Made by a program: the position numbers and the translations under genes. Below, piece after piece: positions 25,941-36,989 of a stretch of DNA of 64,000 nt (position 1 is its first letter; each line of letters opens with the position of its first letter). Origin of the DNA: a virus; the IMG/VR virus record IMGVR_UViG_3300008448_012223, one strand, 5' to 3'. A model generated the notes under the pieces. That model did not search any database. It was not told the origin of the DNA and saw only the letters and a list, made by a program, of their open reading frames with translations.

Positions 25941-27047
25941 ATGTCTATCCACAACGTTTGGCAGGCCCTCCCTGGAGCGCGTAAGCCGATCTACGATACG
26001 CTGTATGTGTTGGGTGGGGTAACTACCGCCCCCACCGCAACTGTACAGGCCTCTCCTAACGAGGACACGATTAACTTCACTGGTGGGACCATCGAGTTCG
26101 ATGGTATTCCTATCTCTCTCAATGGCTTATCTCTTGATTTCGGTGCTCTTGGCTCTCTTGTAGCACAGGGACAGCGCTTTGTAATTAGCGCAGTACCCAG
26201 TTACTTAGAGCCGGCTGATAAAACTGCTGCTGTCGCCGCTGGTGTCAATTACTTCGTTAACTATGATGCTAACCTTGAGGCCTACGCTGATGTATTCATC
26301 AGTCCCACTGTCGAGGCTGCTGTAGCCGCTCTTGGTGGTATTGATAATGTGCGTAACCGCGTATTCAAGGGATCGGCTAGCGCAGCTGATATTGTAGCCT
26401 TCAACAATTACGAAGAAGAGCGCGCTAAGAGTACCAGCCGTCCCTATGCTCCTTATCCTCTCGTCCCTTCTGGCGTGCGCCTAGTTCTCAGGGAAGTAAT
26501 TCCCCAGACCAATGCACCATCCCAGAATCTCTTAGAGAACATTACCTCTACTGCATTTCTTGAGTTGAGTGCTCAGGTACCTGAGTTCCCTGCAGTCCGT
26601 AAGGTATTTACTAAGGCCGACGCTGTAGCCCGCTACAACACCGCTGGTAAATCCTTCTTAATTAAGCCCGGCACTGCATTCCATTACGCTAACGTTGGCA
26701 ACGCTAATGCTGGTACCGCGAGCACTGCTATTGCTGACATCAATAACATCAACGCTGCGTCCGGTACTCACGTCTCTGTGTTTGAGTATTACATGCCCAG
26801 CACTACTGCGTCTGCTCAGACTGGTAGCGAACCGGCTATCCAGCGCGTATTAACTCGTTCTGACTCTACATTACTAGGTCGCATCAATCCAATCTACTTA
26901 GCGAATGAGGCTCCTATGCGTAAGGTCGGAAAACCAGGCGACTCTCGCCTGACTAAATGGGCTGATCCCACTGATCTAGTTGAAGTGACTGTAGGCCCAT
27001 CTAATGCTCTCACTATCTCCCGCACTATCTACAGAAGCTTAATCTAG
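25941..27047 (+). CDS. Second head protein / capsid decoration protein
   Basis: 368 aa, Ala/Thr-rich, same high-expression codon style as the capsid gene, followed by a strong hairpin. Confidence 0.65.
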   Translation: MSIHNVWQALPGARKPIYDTLYVLGGVTTAPTATVQASPNEDTINFTGGTIEFDGIPISLNGLSLDFGALGSLVAQGQRFVISAVPSYLEPADKTAAVAAGVNYFVNYDANLEAYADVFISPTVEAAVAALGGIDNVRNRVFKGSASAADIVAFNNYEEERAKSTSRPYAPYPLVPSGVRLVLREVIPQTNAPSQNLLENITSTAFLELSAQVPEFPAVRKVFTKADAVARYNTAGKSFLIKPGTAFHYANVGNANAGTASTAIADINNINAASGTHVSVFEYYMPSTTASAQTGSEPAIQRVLTRSDSTLLGRINPIYLANEAPMRKVGKPGDSRLTKWADPTDLVEVTVGPSNALTISRTIYRSLI

Positions 27048-27060
27048 TAGTGTGATGCCT

Positions 27061-27096
27061 ATATAAGACGCTAGGAGAAATCCTAGCGTCTTATAT
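27061..27096. terminator. 16-bp perfect hairpin with a GAAA loop after the head genes
   Basis: ATATAAGACGCTAGGA-GAAA-TCCTAGCGTCTTATAT. Confidence 0.75.
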
Positions 27097-27161
27097 TATA
27101 GAGACCCCACTCTTTAGGGCGTCTTTATGTGTTAAATTGTTGATATCCATTTTCTAAGTAT

Positions 27162-27794
27162 ATGACTACATTAGTACTGACCATCCTAAGTCCCTTTGAC
27201 TATGAGTTCGGGGGCAAAAGTCGCGCTTACTTCACAGGAGATAGACCTCACTTCGACCTCAATGATGTACAGGCGAAGGAGGAGCTCAAGTTTCTAGTTA
27301 GCCCGCAGTCTATTCATCTAGATTACTTCTATCTCGATGAGTACCAACAGGGCTATAAGGAATTAATGGATGAAGTAAACCGCGAGGGCGCTAACTACGA
27401 TTACATTGAAGGCGAGGTTACCCACGGCGTCTCTACTCAAGAAGAGAGTGTTATCAGTTACGAAGTATATGATATCCCGGTGGGCTTACCAGGAGAGCCT
27501 CTAGTACCTATTGAAGAGAAGGCCCCTGAGTTAGGGGAGTCTGGTATGCCTCCCGCAGAGCCTGAGATTTACAATGAGGACGATGACGAGACTACGGTCT
27601 TCTTGACAGCAGATGGAAAGGAGATTGAGGTTAGCACCGTTAATAGCCCTACCCTCATTAATGCTGCTAATTTAGATAGACGAGCCCAGTTAGAAAAACT
27701 GACATCTGACAAAATCAAGGATATAGCTGTAGAAAAGGGTATTCGTTTCATCGGTAAGGCGCGTACTATTGATGCTCTAATGAACCTTGAGTAA
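27162..27794 (+). CDS. Acidic hypothetical protein with a C-terminal HeH/Rho-N-like motif
   Basis: RAQLEKLTSDKIKDIAVEKGI...KARTIDAL. Confidence 0.65.
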   Translation: MTTLVLTILSPFDYEFGGKSRAYFTGDRPHFDLNDVQAKEELKFLVSPQSIHLDYFYLDEYQQGYKELMDEVNREGANYDYIEGEVTHGVSTQEESVISYEVYDIPVGLPGEPLVPIEEKAPELGESGMPPAEPEIYNEDDDETTVFLTADGKEIEVSTVNSPTLINAANLDRRAQLEKLTSDKIKDIAVEKGIRFIGKARTIDALMNLE

Positions 27795-27806
27795 CCGGAG
27801 GTTACA

Positions 27807-29684
27807 TTGAACAGTTTTGGCCAGAGTGGTCCCATCCGCACCTATATAGAGACTAACCGCGAGGCATTCCTCGATATGGTAGTCTCTCACAGTGTTCTAT
27901 TATCAGCCTATAGACGACGGCAGGATGAGGTAGTGGCTGTAGCGCTGCAACAGGCTTATCCGCGCATGGGCTTGATACTGAGCGCAGCCCGCGCTCTGGA
28001 TAACACGTATCTATTCGGCGATACGTATCCCATAGTATTCCAGCGAGTAGTCGAGATACTCAGCGATTCTAGCGGTCCATTCCAAGAGGGTCTACTGGCC
28101 ATAGCAGCTACTCTCACTGCTAGTCGTCTAATAGCCTCCATTCCTATTGATGCTAATGTTAAGAATATAACGCTAGCGGAGAATCTAGAGAAGGCGGCTA
28201 TAACCGATCTAGAGCGTATCATAACTCTCTATAAGGATGGTTTAGTATCAGGAGACGGGGCACGAGAGCTAGATATTGATAAGGAGCGCACTCTCTACTT
28301 TGCACTCAATCTCGACCTAGGCTCACTATCCTATTCTGACTTCACATCTATTAACCTAGATACGAGCCGGCCCAACTCACCAGTACGTCAATTAGAGACA
28401 CTGCATATAGATAGCGATAACTATAGCTATGTATATCTCTACTTATCTAATAAAACGGGCCCCACCGATGGATACGTAGTAAGTAACTCTAGTGCGGTAG
28501 AGGTCATAGTGCCTATGGTAGATGGCTATACTATTCACGACGTCATATCTAGTGTCACTATGGCTATTAATAATGCTACGCTAGGCGCACTAGACTGCAC
28601 CAACCTATTGGTGGGCCCTAATAGTAAGAGGCCCCGCTCCGTACAACTAGACATAGATAGTAAGAGTTATTTCCCGAATGAGTTACCTAAGCGCACGAAG
28701 GCCTCTGTATGGTTCGAGACGGTAGGTATGAGTATGGGAGTACGGCGCCACGATGCCACTATTGGTAAAGAGCTGGTGATAATGTCGGCCCATACTATAG
28801 CGCTTAGCGTTATATTACCAGGCTATCTAGGCGAGTGGGCCGCAAGCTCTACATACGCTATTAGTAGTATAGTCAGATATAATGGCCTATTCTACCGAGC
28901 GCTAGTAGCAGGTCTAAATCCAGCTCCTCCCAGTGCACGGTGGGAAGTTGTTACTATAACTCCTGCCGTGGCTATAGCAGCCCGTACCTCTAGTGAGTAT
29001 CACATCCCAGGGCTACTCCATAGTACGGAACCCGACTTTAGTTCTATGGGGGAATGGGGGAGTCGTTCTCTTATACTCGAGGTCAAGGAGGGCAATTATA
29101 AGGCTATGGAGCCCACACCGACTACCGATTATGAGCTCAATACGTTTTACTTCAGAACTACGGGCCCCTTAGAAGGGACCGTACGACTTCGTATTAGTAG
29201 TAGTCAGCCTACGGAAGAGAGTTATACATTCTTAGATACGGACGATACATTACTCATAGAGGTAAATGGTTTAACACCTATGGCACTAGTAGAGACTCTA
29301 CTACAGGCTACATACTCTATAAGCCCTTACACGGGGGTACTAGGCGCTATACATATTGATAGAGATGGCGTGCCGGGCATAACCTTCACGTCTTTCAGAG
29401 AGTCAGCTCTTGAGATAAGAGAGATAATCGATCTACTAGCAGGAGATGATGGCTTCCCTAGCAAACTCGAGGTAGGAGTAGGAGATGAGGTAGCCAATAG
29501 ATCAGCCTATACAACGAACCCCCGCTCTCTAATCATAATGGCTAAGAAGCAAGATAACTTGAATGAGATTAAGGCCGCCATACTAGACCCTAATAAGGGG
29601 GGCGGTAAGGTAGTTAGAGTAACTACAGGAGATATGAGCCCGCGCCTCCAGGATGTATTTGACCGTCTCAGGAGACTAAAATGA
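27807..29684 (+). CDS. Neck / head-tail adaptor-like protein with an internal CBM5/12-like motif
   Basis: N-terminus resembles Mu gp36/DUF1320 (SAARALDNTYL..YPI); WAASSTY..SSIVRYNG..YRA..PPSARW at about 28836-28950. Confidence 0.5.
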   Translation: MNSFGQSGPIRTYIETNREAFLDMVVSHSVLLSAYRRRQDEVVAVALQQAYPRMGLILSAARALDNTYLFGDTYPIVFQRVVEILSDSSGPFQEGLLAIAATLTASRLIASIPIDANVKNITLAENLEKAAITDLERIITLYKDGLVSGDGARELDIDKERTLYFALNLDLGSLSYSDFTSINLDTSRPNSPVRQLETLHIDSDNYSYVYLYLSNKTGPTDGYVVSNSSAVEVIVPMVDGYTIHDVISSVTMAINNATLGALDCTNLLVGPNSKRPRSVQLDIDSKSYFPNELPKRTKASVWFETVGMSMGVRRHDATIGKELVIMSAHTIALSVILPGYLGEWAASSTYAISSIVRYNGLFYRALVAGLNPAPPSARWEVVTITPAVAIAARTSSEYHIPGLLHSTEPDFSSMGEWGSRSLILEVKEGNYKAMEPTPTTDYELNTFYFRTTGPLEGTVRLRISSSQPTEESYTFLDTDDTLLIEVNGLTPMALVETLLQATYSISPYTGVLGAIHIDRDGVPGITFTSFRESALEIREIIDLLAGDDGFPSKLEVGVGDEVANRSAYTTNPRSLIIMAKKQDNLNEIKAAILDPNKGGGKVVRVTTGDMSPRLQDVFDRLRRLK

Positions 29685-30379
29685 CAGATCTCAGGATAGA
29701 GAACTCACTATACGACATCAGCCGCCGTCTATTCGCATATTTATCTAATCACCCCCTACTCTACTACCCACTAGTAAAGCACCCTGTCACTGGAGACGTA
29801 GTGAATATAGAGTACTGGAGACAGGCAGCGGGACTAGCCACACAACCGGGCCTCGTTTGTTCTATATTCCCTAATAACGAAGCGGAAACTAGCACACCTC
29901 ATAGCTCTATGGGTTATGAGGTTAGTAGTGTATATAAGCCCCATACTATGGGAGGAATGGGGGGCTACGAACAGGCCTGCTTTAACTTCATAATACGGTT
30001 CTCTATGCAAGAGGTTAGCTTCGATGATCTCGATATAGAAGAGTGCCCTATACTTATAACTGATAATTTAGAACCACGCTTGCAAGAACCCATAGTATCT
30101 ACTGCTAGGCTGGCTATTAGTCCTCCACTAGCTATTATCAGTAATTACATGGAGCTAACGCGCCTTGCATTATACGATAATGAACACAGCATAGCGCTAC
30201 CAGGCGATAATATACAGGTACTGAGTAGTAATTACTCAACTAGTAAGTGGGAGGACAATGGTAACGTTTACTTTCATCAGGGTAGTCTATTAATAGCTCT
30301 AGATAGCTACGTCAGCAAGGGCTGGCGGGATAGATTAAGACAACCCTTAGAGAGATTTACCATACTAGATCCTACTTGA
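29681..30379 (+). CDS. Putative tail terminator / neck protein
   Basis: 232 aa, immediately upstream of the sheath gene; call is positional. Confidence 0.5.
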   Translation: MTDLRIENSLYDISRRLFAYLSNHPLLYYPLVKHPVTGDVVNIEYWRQAAGLATQPGLVCSIFPNNEAETSTPHSSMGYEVSSVYKPHTMGGMGGYEQACFNFIIRFSMQEVSFDDLDIEECPILITDNLEPRLQEPIVSTARLAISPPLAIISNYMELTRLALYDNEHSIALPGDNIQVLSSNYSTSKWEDNGNVYFHQGSLLIALDSYVSKGWRDRLRQPLERFTILDPT

Positions 30380-30430
30380 GTCTATCTAATAACTGATAAG
30401 ACTACTAAGTCCCTACGGATATATAGATAA

Positions 30431-32755
30431 ATGGCTCGCGCCCCCTTTATAGAATTTCAAGATACTAATGTAGGTTTAGCCTTGCCGCGGCCGAACGTAT
30501 TGAATCGGATCGCCATCATAGACCGATTTAATCGGGGGCCGGCTAACCTCCTGACCTACATTGGTAACTTCTCGGACTTTGCGTATCGCTATGGCTCCGA
30601 CACTAGTCCAGGTTCATTACAGTACCAGGCTGTATATGATCAATTCACTAATCCAGAGGATGCTAACATTGCCCTAGTACGAGTTACTGGTCGGGGCCGC
30701 CCTGCTTCTGCATCCCTCACATTCTCTGGTGTAGCGAGAGTTAATAACACTCTCAATATCCACACCAATTTCGTGGGAGAGGTCATTGCTCGCGAGGATG
30801 CAGCTGCTGATATAGCGTGGCCTACGCTCACTAATACTGCCGTAGCGCCTGTAGTCAATAGTAAAGAGACAGTAGCCGCAGAGGGCCCGTATACTGGTTC
30901 TACCAGTGGCCGATATTTCCTTCGTGTTGATGATGTCGATGCTGGTGTAGCTACTATTAAATGGCAATTTGTACCACTGGGTCAGAATCCACTTAACTGG
31001 GCAGCTGTCACTACGAATATTAGTGTTAATATCGCTGCTGGTGTAGGTAGTTCTAGTAACATTCTCATCCCACTAACTAGTAATAACATCAGAGTTCGTT
31101 TCGGCACTGTAGCCGGTGCAGCCCTCAATATAGTAGAGGGTAATAGCTGGAGTATTAGAGTTAACAAGTATGTAGTCTCTGTACCCATCTCCAGTGGCAA
31201 CCTACCTAACCAGATTGTCACTAGTCTGATCAATGCCTCTACAGGTGTGGAGCCCTTTGGTGAAATTACTCGTAACTCTCAGGACAACGGAGTAGTCATT
31301 CAATTAGAGCCCTCCCTCACTGGTTCTATCAGCAATCGCTTCTCGTTCTACGTAGAGGCAACTGATAACACCACTAATAGAGGATTTACCACTAGCCCTG
31401 CATTAGTCACTACTACTCTGAATCCCTCTACTCATTTCACTTCATTCCAGGGCGGATTGGATGGTCCTCGTAGCGCATTCCGTGATTTCTATACCTTCAA
31501 TGGTACCCCTCTCCTGCGTCTCCAGGCAGCCAGCGAGGGTAGCTGGGGTAATCAAGTTACGGTTAGTATCTATCCTGTGAGTAATAGCGAGTTTCGCCTT
31601 ACTGTACAAGACCTAAATGGTAGTGCCTTCAACCCGCCTCTCGCTGATGAAGTTTACACTGTTAACTTAGAGGATACAAACGAATCAGGTGAATTAAATG
31701 CACTCCTAGATTCGAAGTTTATCCGAGGTTTCTTCTTACCTAAGTCCATCGACTCTATTAATTACGACGCTACTTTAGTACGTCAGTCACCGCTGAGACT
31801 AGCCCCGCCTGACGAGAGTGAGACTGATGTTGAGAACCCTACCCACGTGGACTTTTATGGTCCTAATGTGTTGACGGATGTAACACTAGAGAATGGATAC
31901 GATGGGCCTCCTGTAACTAATGATGACTATGTTAGCATCATCCATACCCTAGAGAACCAACCTGTGCATATTCTCTTAGTGGGCACTACTAACGTAGGTG
32001 TTCAGCAGGCTCTTATTACTGAAGCCGAACGTGCTCGTGATAGTGATGGTCTTCGTATAGCAGTATTAGCTGCTCCTCCGCGCACTACCCCTACTCTGTC
32101 TGCCAGTGTTACACGTGGATTCAACTCCACCCGTGCGGTTATGGTAGCAGGCTGGTTTACGTACGCTGGCCAACCTAATAGTAGTCGCTATGGCGTGCCT
32201 GGTGCTGCTGTTTACGCAGGTAAGTTAGCCTCTATTGACTTTTATGTCAGTCCTGCAGCGCGGTCTCTTGTAGGGTCTCTCCTTAACATCATAGAGTGTG
32301 ATACTGATAACTATACCAGCCGCAGCAATCAGGACATCTATTCAGCTGCGCGGTTAGAGGTACTGAGTCTGGATTCAGTTGACCGTACCTACCGCTTTGC
32401 TAGTGGTGTTACACTATCTACTGATCCTGCATGGGAGCGTATATACTTACGCCGGGCTCACGACGTTGTTAGGCAGGGGGCGCACGCTATCCTACGGAAT
32501 TATGTGGCTATGCCTAATAGTCGTTTAGTCCGTAATCAGATGGCCGCTGCTCTTAATGCCTTTATGGGCGAGCTCAAGCGGAATGGCAGCATTGTTAGCT
32601 TCCGACCTGCCATCATCGATAGCAGCAATAATAGCACAGCGTCTTACTTTAGCCGCGAACTATACGTTAGTTTACAATTCCAGCCCCTCTATAGCGCGGA
32701 TTATATCTACGTGACGATTAGCCGCGACACAGAAACCAGTCCCTTAGGCGAGTAA
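30431..32755 (+). CDS. Tail sheath protein
   Basis: 774 aa; DRFNRGPAN N-terminus; C-terminal sheath domain (TLSTDPAWERIYLRR..LQFQPLYSADYI); length matches Ma-LMM01 g91 as recalled. Confidence 0.92.
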   Translation: MARAPFIEFQDTNVGLALPRPNVLNRIAIIDRFNRGPANLLTYIGNFSDFAYRYGSDTSPGSLQYQAVYDQFTNPEDANIALVRVTGRGRPASASLTFSGVARVNNTLNIHTNFVGEVIAREDAAADIAWPTLTNTAVAPVVNSKETVAAEGPYTGSTSGRYFLRVDDVDAGVATIKWQFVPLGQNPLNWAAVTTNISVNIAAGVGSSSNILIPLTSNNIRVRFGTVAGAALNIVEGNSWSIRVNKYVVSVPISSGNLPNQIVTSLINASTGVEPFGEITRNSQDNGVVIQLEPSLTGSISNRFSFYVEATDNTTNRGFTTSPALVTTTLNPSTHFTSFQGGLDGPRSAFRDFYTFNGTPLLRLQAASEGSWGNQVTVSIYPVSNSEFRLTVQDLNGSAFNPPLADEVYTVNLEDTNESGELNALLDSKFIRGFFLPKSIDSINYDATLVRQSPLRLAPPDESETDVENPTHVDFYGPNVLTDVTLENGYDGPPVTNDDYVSIIHTLENQPVHILLVGTTNVGVQQALITEAERARDSDGLRIAVLAAPPRTTPTLSASVTRGFNSTRAVMVAGWFTYAGQPNSSRYGVPGAAVYAGKLASIDFYVSPAARSLVGSLLNIIECDTDNYTSRSNQDIYSAARLEVLSLDSVDRTYRFASGVTLSTDPAWERIYLRRAHDVVRQGAHAILRNYVAMPNSRLVRNQMAAALNAFMGELKRNGSIVSFRPAIIDSSNNSTASYFSRELYVSLQFQPLYSADYIYVTISRDTETSPLGE

Positions 32756-32759
32756 TATA

Positions 32760-33485
32760 ATGTCATCTAAAGATGCTCTTTTCCTCACTCCTGCTGTCAA
32801 TAACTTTGGTCTCGATCCCTTTAGTGGGTTTGACTTCGAGGTCTGGGTTAATGACACTAGTAGCGGACAGGTTGCCTGGTTCGGTAAGTTCCAGTCCCTG
32901 ACGCTCAGTATTAGAAATTCGACTGAGACCTATTTAGAATTAGGCCAGCGCGTACCTGTCTATCTAGACGGGGAATATAACATCGCGTGGGTACTAGAAC
33001 AAGGTTTAGTTGATGGTGAATTTATGGGCCGCACGTTCGGCACTAATGAAATTGGTCGTGATCAAGTACTAGGTCGGAGCCCCCGGTTCCAGATTACCTT
33101 CGATGCTAATGCGTCTGAGTTAGTAACTAATGGTGGTCTCACCAATAATCTAACTCGTAGTGGAGCAGATAGCCGTAGATTAGGATCCCTCGACTCCTGG
33201 AATATCGCTTCTAATGGCGATAATCAGAGCGGCATAGAGTTCCCCACTAATAGTGCTGCTAGTCGTAATCGTAGGGCGAAGTTCAGATATGAAATAACTA
33301 GATGCAAGGTAGATAATTACAGCGTCGGCTTCATGCCTGGTCGTCGCGTACCTGCACAACGTTGGGAGGGTGTAGCTGAAGGTATTCGGTATATTGCTGA
33401 ATCTGTTCAGCAGTTCAAAAACACAACTCGTCCTCTATCTGTGGGAAGCTCTTCTTCATCGTTTGGGAATAGTATTACACAATAA
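32760..33485 (+). CDS. Tail tube protein
   Basis: Follows the sheath gene; gp19-like pattern FDFEV..FQSLTL..YLELGQ..IAWVLEQG. Confidence 0.8.
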   Translation: MSSKDALFLTPAVNNFGLDPFSGFDFEVWVNDTSSGQVAWFGKFQSLTLSIRNSTETYLELGQRVPVYLDGEYNIAWVLEQGLVDGEFMGRTFGTNEIGRDQVLGRSPRFQITFDANASELVTNGGLTNNLTRSGADSRRLGSLDSWNIASNGDNQSGIEFPTNSAASRNRRAKFRYEITRCKVDNYSVGFMPGRRVPAQRWEGVAEGIRYIAESVQQFKNTTRPLSVGSSSSSFGNSITQ

Positions 33486-33506
33486 TCCCACATTCTCTCC
33501 GCTTAT

Positions 33507-33536
33507 GGGACTCAGGATTTCCTGAGTCCCTTTTTT
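33507..33536 (+). terminator. Rho-independent terminator
   Basis: GGGACTCAGG-ATTT-CCTGAGTCCC-TTTTTT. Confidence 0.9.
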
Positions 33537-33543
33537 ATTAATT

Positions 33544-35415
33544 ATGCGCCCTAAGACACCTGCTGCAGTAATAACGCTGGCCACAGCTGTTGATGAAAAA
33601 CAACCTATATTATTTGGCACTCAGATATGCGCTACTGATATAAACAAGAGTCGCTGGACTGTACGCGCCGTAGATGTTATAATCAACGCCGATAACTGGA
33701 ATATAAATAGAGCTCGCGTAACGCTAACCGTACCAGATGCACCAGGATTACTACCAGCGTTACCTGATGTTAGTAAGTACAGGGGCGGGCGCTACCCCTA
33801 CCTCAGCGAGGAGGATGAGATACGAATTTACATGGGGATGGTGGGGTCAGATAAACAGGTACTGGATATCAATAATCTATCTGATATACCATTTCCTATA
33901 CCAGATACAAATATGAAACCGAAGGAGGGCGCTACTCTATTCCCTGTATTCTGGGGCTTCATTGAGAAGGTAGAGGTAACGGCTGATGCTAATACAGGTG
34001 TGCAGGTAGTGCTATCGTGTCAAGATCGTATGAGGCTACTACATAACACACGTGTTCTATCTAACCCAGATACCTTATTCAATGCCCCCACACCAGAACA
34101 GAAGGGCGATAGAGCCCTCATACTGCGTAAGATACTGAACTTTGCGGTAGGTTACTCCCCTATTGAAACAGAGAGCGGCTCGCAGGTAGCCAGATGCTGG
34201 AAGGAGTTCAAGGAGGGTATGACTGTACGCGGCTACGACATAGGAGCAGATGGTAAGATAGAATACTTATTCGCTAATAAACTAATAGCCGGAAATGCAA
34301 GTAATTCTGAGGTTAAGATTATACAGGACATGAATAATCTTACGCCAGGCGAAGAGCTAGTAGATGCGCCGCGTTGGACACGGGCTGCTATGTTCACGCC
34401 TATGAGCCCAGGAGGTAATCCCCGCACCCATATATGGTTACAGCGCCCGCCTATCGAACAGGGACAGAACCGCGGGGTATTCAACTTCATTAATGAGAGC
34501 CCCGCTGATATAATACAAGCAGCGTTTCTACTCAAGGAGGAGCGCGTAGTAGACGCCTCATTCAGCCATATCAATGGTGATTTTATAATAGCGCCTAATA
34601 GCGGCGATACTAGTGGCTTCCAAGATCCCAATAGGCTATATAGGACCTATTTCTTCCGCAGCCTACCAGCGGGTCTTAACATATGTCCTGATGAGAGACA
34701 GCGCATACTCTCCATGCGGGTAGTAAGTAGTAGTATAGCCACAACTAACCGCTTTATAGTGACTGATGATGGAGGTAATGGCGCATCTGATTCATTCAAT
34801 GATGCCATTGAGGTTACATTACAGGCCACGCCCTATAAGTACGCTGATAGAAAGCCTCCTATTGCATGTAGAGCCACTGTCGTTGAGGATAAGAACCTGA
34901 GCGCCTATACTGACGCAGGCATCAGTAAAGAGACAGGGGCTTTATTAGTTGGTTTAGGCATGGCCCGCCGTACCAGTAGAGATATTAGCACGATACAAAT
35001 CACGATAGTAGGGGACCCCACCTGGTATCCGAATGAGATGTTTCAGGTGTATAATACATTGATACACGATAGGCAGATTATATCAACATACGATTCTATA
35101 GCAGAGGAGAGCGCTATGCACGCTACTAAGAGGAAGTTGAGTGAACAATCAGCGCGCATGCGAGAACACACAGCAAGTAGTTCCTCGGCGCGGGCCATAC
35201 CCTTTCCTGATGGCAGTGAGATACTAACACGGTACGTGGGTGCCCACGTCAATGCCACTGATGAGGACTATGCTGATACTAATAGTGGCCGCATAGCCAG
35301 CGATGTAGGCGATAATCTAGCTAATGCGGTACTACCGAAGTACAAGGTACGCTCGATTCGTCATAAGCTAACACACAGAGATTACACTACTACTATTCAA
35401 GGAAGCGCTGATTAA
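33544..35415 (+). CDS. Baseplate hub protein (Mu gp44 / P2 gpD-like)
   Basis: EIRIYMG..FWGFIEKV..LSCQDRMRLL; GDPTWYPN..V; YKVRSIRHKL..YTTTIQG. Confidence 0.75.
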   Translation: MRPKTPAAVITLATAVDEKQPILFGTQICATDINKSRWTVRAVDVIINADNWNINRARVTLTVPDAPGLLPALPDVSKYRGGRYPYLSEEDEIRIYMGMVGSDKQVLDINNLSDIPFPIPDTNMKPKEGATLFPVFWGFIEKVEVTADANTGVQVVLSCQDRMRLLHNTRVLSNPDTLFNAPTPEQKGDRALILRKILNFAVGYSPIETESGSQVARCWKEFKEGMTVRGYDIGADGKIEYLFANKLIAGNASNSEVKIIQDMNNLTPGEELVDAPRWTRAAMFTPMSPGGNPRTHIWLQRPPIEQGQNRGVFNFINESPADIIQAAFLLKEERVVDASFSHINGDFIIAPNSGDTSGFQDPNRLYRTYFFRSLPAGLNICPDERQRILSMRVVSSSIATTNRFIVTDDGGNGASDSFNDAIEVTLQATPYKYADRKPPIACRATVVEDKNLSAYTDAGISKETGALLVGLGMARRTSRDISTIQITIVGDPTWYPNEMFQVYNTLIHDRQIISTYDSIAEESAMHATKRKLSEQSARMREHTASSSSARAIPFPDGSEILTRYVGAHVNATDEDYADTNSGRIASDVGDNLANAVLPKYKVRSIRHKLTHRDYTTTIQGSAD

Positions 35416-36989
35416 TGTTTGCTAATAACAATGGTGGCCTATACTCTGAGCCCCATTCCTATAAGTACAGTAAGAGCCAGTGGGGCACACAGCGTGGGAT
35501 AGTCCATAGTATCAGTAGGGAGGGCCGCCTAGGTAATTTCTGCTCGGTGCGCCTATTGAAAGGTATGATCCTGGATAACGTTAGGATGAGCGGCCCCTTT
35601 GGTCATAATGGGCTAGGCGTCTATAATCCACTCGAGATAGGACAGCCAGTCATAGTGGGCTTCAATGATGGGAAGATGGAGGATGCCTTCATCCTAGGCG
35701 GATATACCTCAGAGGGTAACTACGATAAGCTATACGTAGATGGTGATTTACAGGAGCCTAATCAGCGCGGCCCCGAGGGTCAGACATTCAATCAACCACT
35801 GGGGCATCCTAATCGCATAACACAGCCCAATGCCTTCTTCCACGTAACAGGTATCAATTCACTGGATACGGCATATGATAGTCCTGATTATGGCTCACTA
35901 GCAGAGGCCTATGATAGACAGCCCCGCCCCGGCGTTATAGAAATACGCAATGACGCAGGCACCCGCTCTCTATATACGAGCGGAGAGAATATACTATTCA
36001 GTGATAGTAACATCTACCTGGTAGCTAACGGCGACCGCCGCAGCAGTGTCAATCACCTCCTACAGCTATCAGCACGGCACTGCGCCCGAGCGGATGGACT
36101 AGAGATGATGCAGGGTATCAGGCCTTCATCGGCTACCACGGAGTCACTGCCTAGCGGCATAACACCTATGGTAGAGGGGCAGGGGGAGGAGCCTGTATCT
36201 ACGACTACTGCTATAACAGTTTCCTATCGTATACAAGAGGAGAGGCGGTTATGTCAGGCCTATCTAGAGGCTAGCCGTCAGAATCTACAACGACAGGCTG
36301 AGGGTATAGCGCGCGTTGAGGATAAATCACAAGACATACCTACACAGAGGGGGTCTGAGGTATCTGATACATATAATGAAAGCCGTAATAATAATAAGGA
36401 TTGGCAGAGTGCCACTAATAAGGAGCCTACTCGCTGGTTCATAACAGCCGGCCACCGCGATGGTAAATCAGGTACTTGTGGAGCTGCTGGCATACCTCTA
36501 CCCCAGGCCCCAGGTCAGTCAGTAGAGAGTTGGATGAATGAACAGGTCGTCAAGATAATGGAGAGACTAGCCCCCTCTTACGGTCTCCAATTATCTATAT
36601 TCTTACCACCAATAGGTACCTCCTGGCAATCAGTGCTAGATAGAGCCGCGCAGGAGAAGACCGATGGCGCGGGTGTTCTAGAGATACACTTTGACGCAGG
36701 TACGGCAGGAGAGTATACGGGTTCCACTGGCGTCATACCTAGCCGTAAGGAAATACTACCATCCGAGGATAGACTAGCTCAAACATTCGGCGCCTTCACC
36801 AGAAATCACCGCAACGGCTTATACGGACCCAATAGAGGGGTACCGCTAGTTGAGGTAGGAGTATTGAATACGCAGGTAGAGGCCTTAATGAGAGGAAATG
36901 ATACAGCAGCACAAAATGCCTATTTCGAAGGGAAGGCCCGTGCTGTTTTACAATCCCTGAAGGGAGGGGCGCAAGATAATGTGGAATAG
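35415..36989 (+). CDS. Central spike (OB-fold) fused to a C-terminal N-acetylmuramoyl-L-alanine amidase (Amidase_3)
   Basis: CSVRL..NVRM..PLEIGQPVIVGF..AFILG (gp5/gpV OB fold); WFITAGH, VESWMN, LEIHFDA (zinc amidase). Confidence 0.8.
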   Translation: MFANNNGGLYSEPHSYKYSKSQWGTQRGIVHSISREGRLGNFCSVRLLKGMILDNVRMSGPFGHNGLGVYNPLEIGQPVIVGFNDGKMEDAFILGGYTSEGNYDKLYVDGDLQEPNQRGPEGQTFNQPLGHPNRITQPNAFFHVTGINSLDTAYDSPDYGSLAEAYDRQPRPGVIEIRNDAGTRSLYTSGENILFSDSNIYLVANGDRRSSVNHLLQLSARHCARADGLEMMQGIRPSSATTESLPSGITPMVEGQGEEPVSTTTAITVSYRIQEERRLCQAYLEASRQNLQRQAEGIARVEDKSQDIPTQRGSEVSDTYNESRNNNKDWQSATNKEPTRWFITAGHRDGKSGTCGAAGIPLPQAPGQSVESWMNEQVVKIMERLAPSYGLQLSIFLPPIGTSWQSVLDRAAQEKTDGAGVLEIHFDAGTAGEYTGSTGVIPSRKEILPSEDRLAQTFGAFTRNHRNGLYGPNRGVPLVEVGVLNTQVEALMRGNDTAAQNAYFEGKARAVLQSLKGGAQDNVE

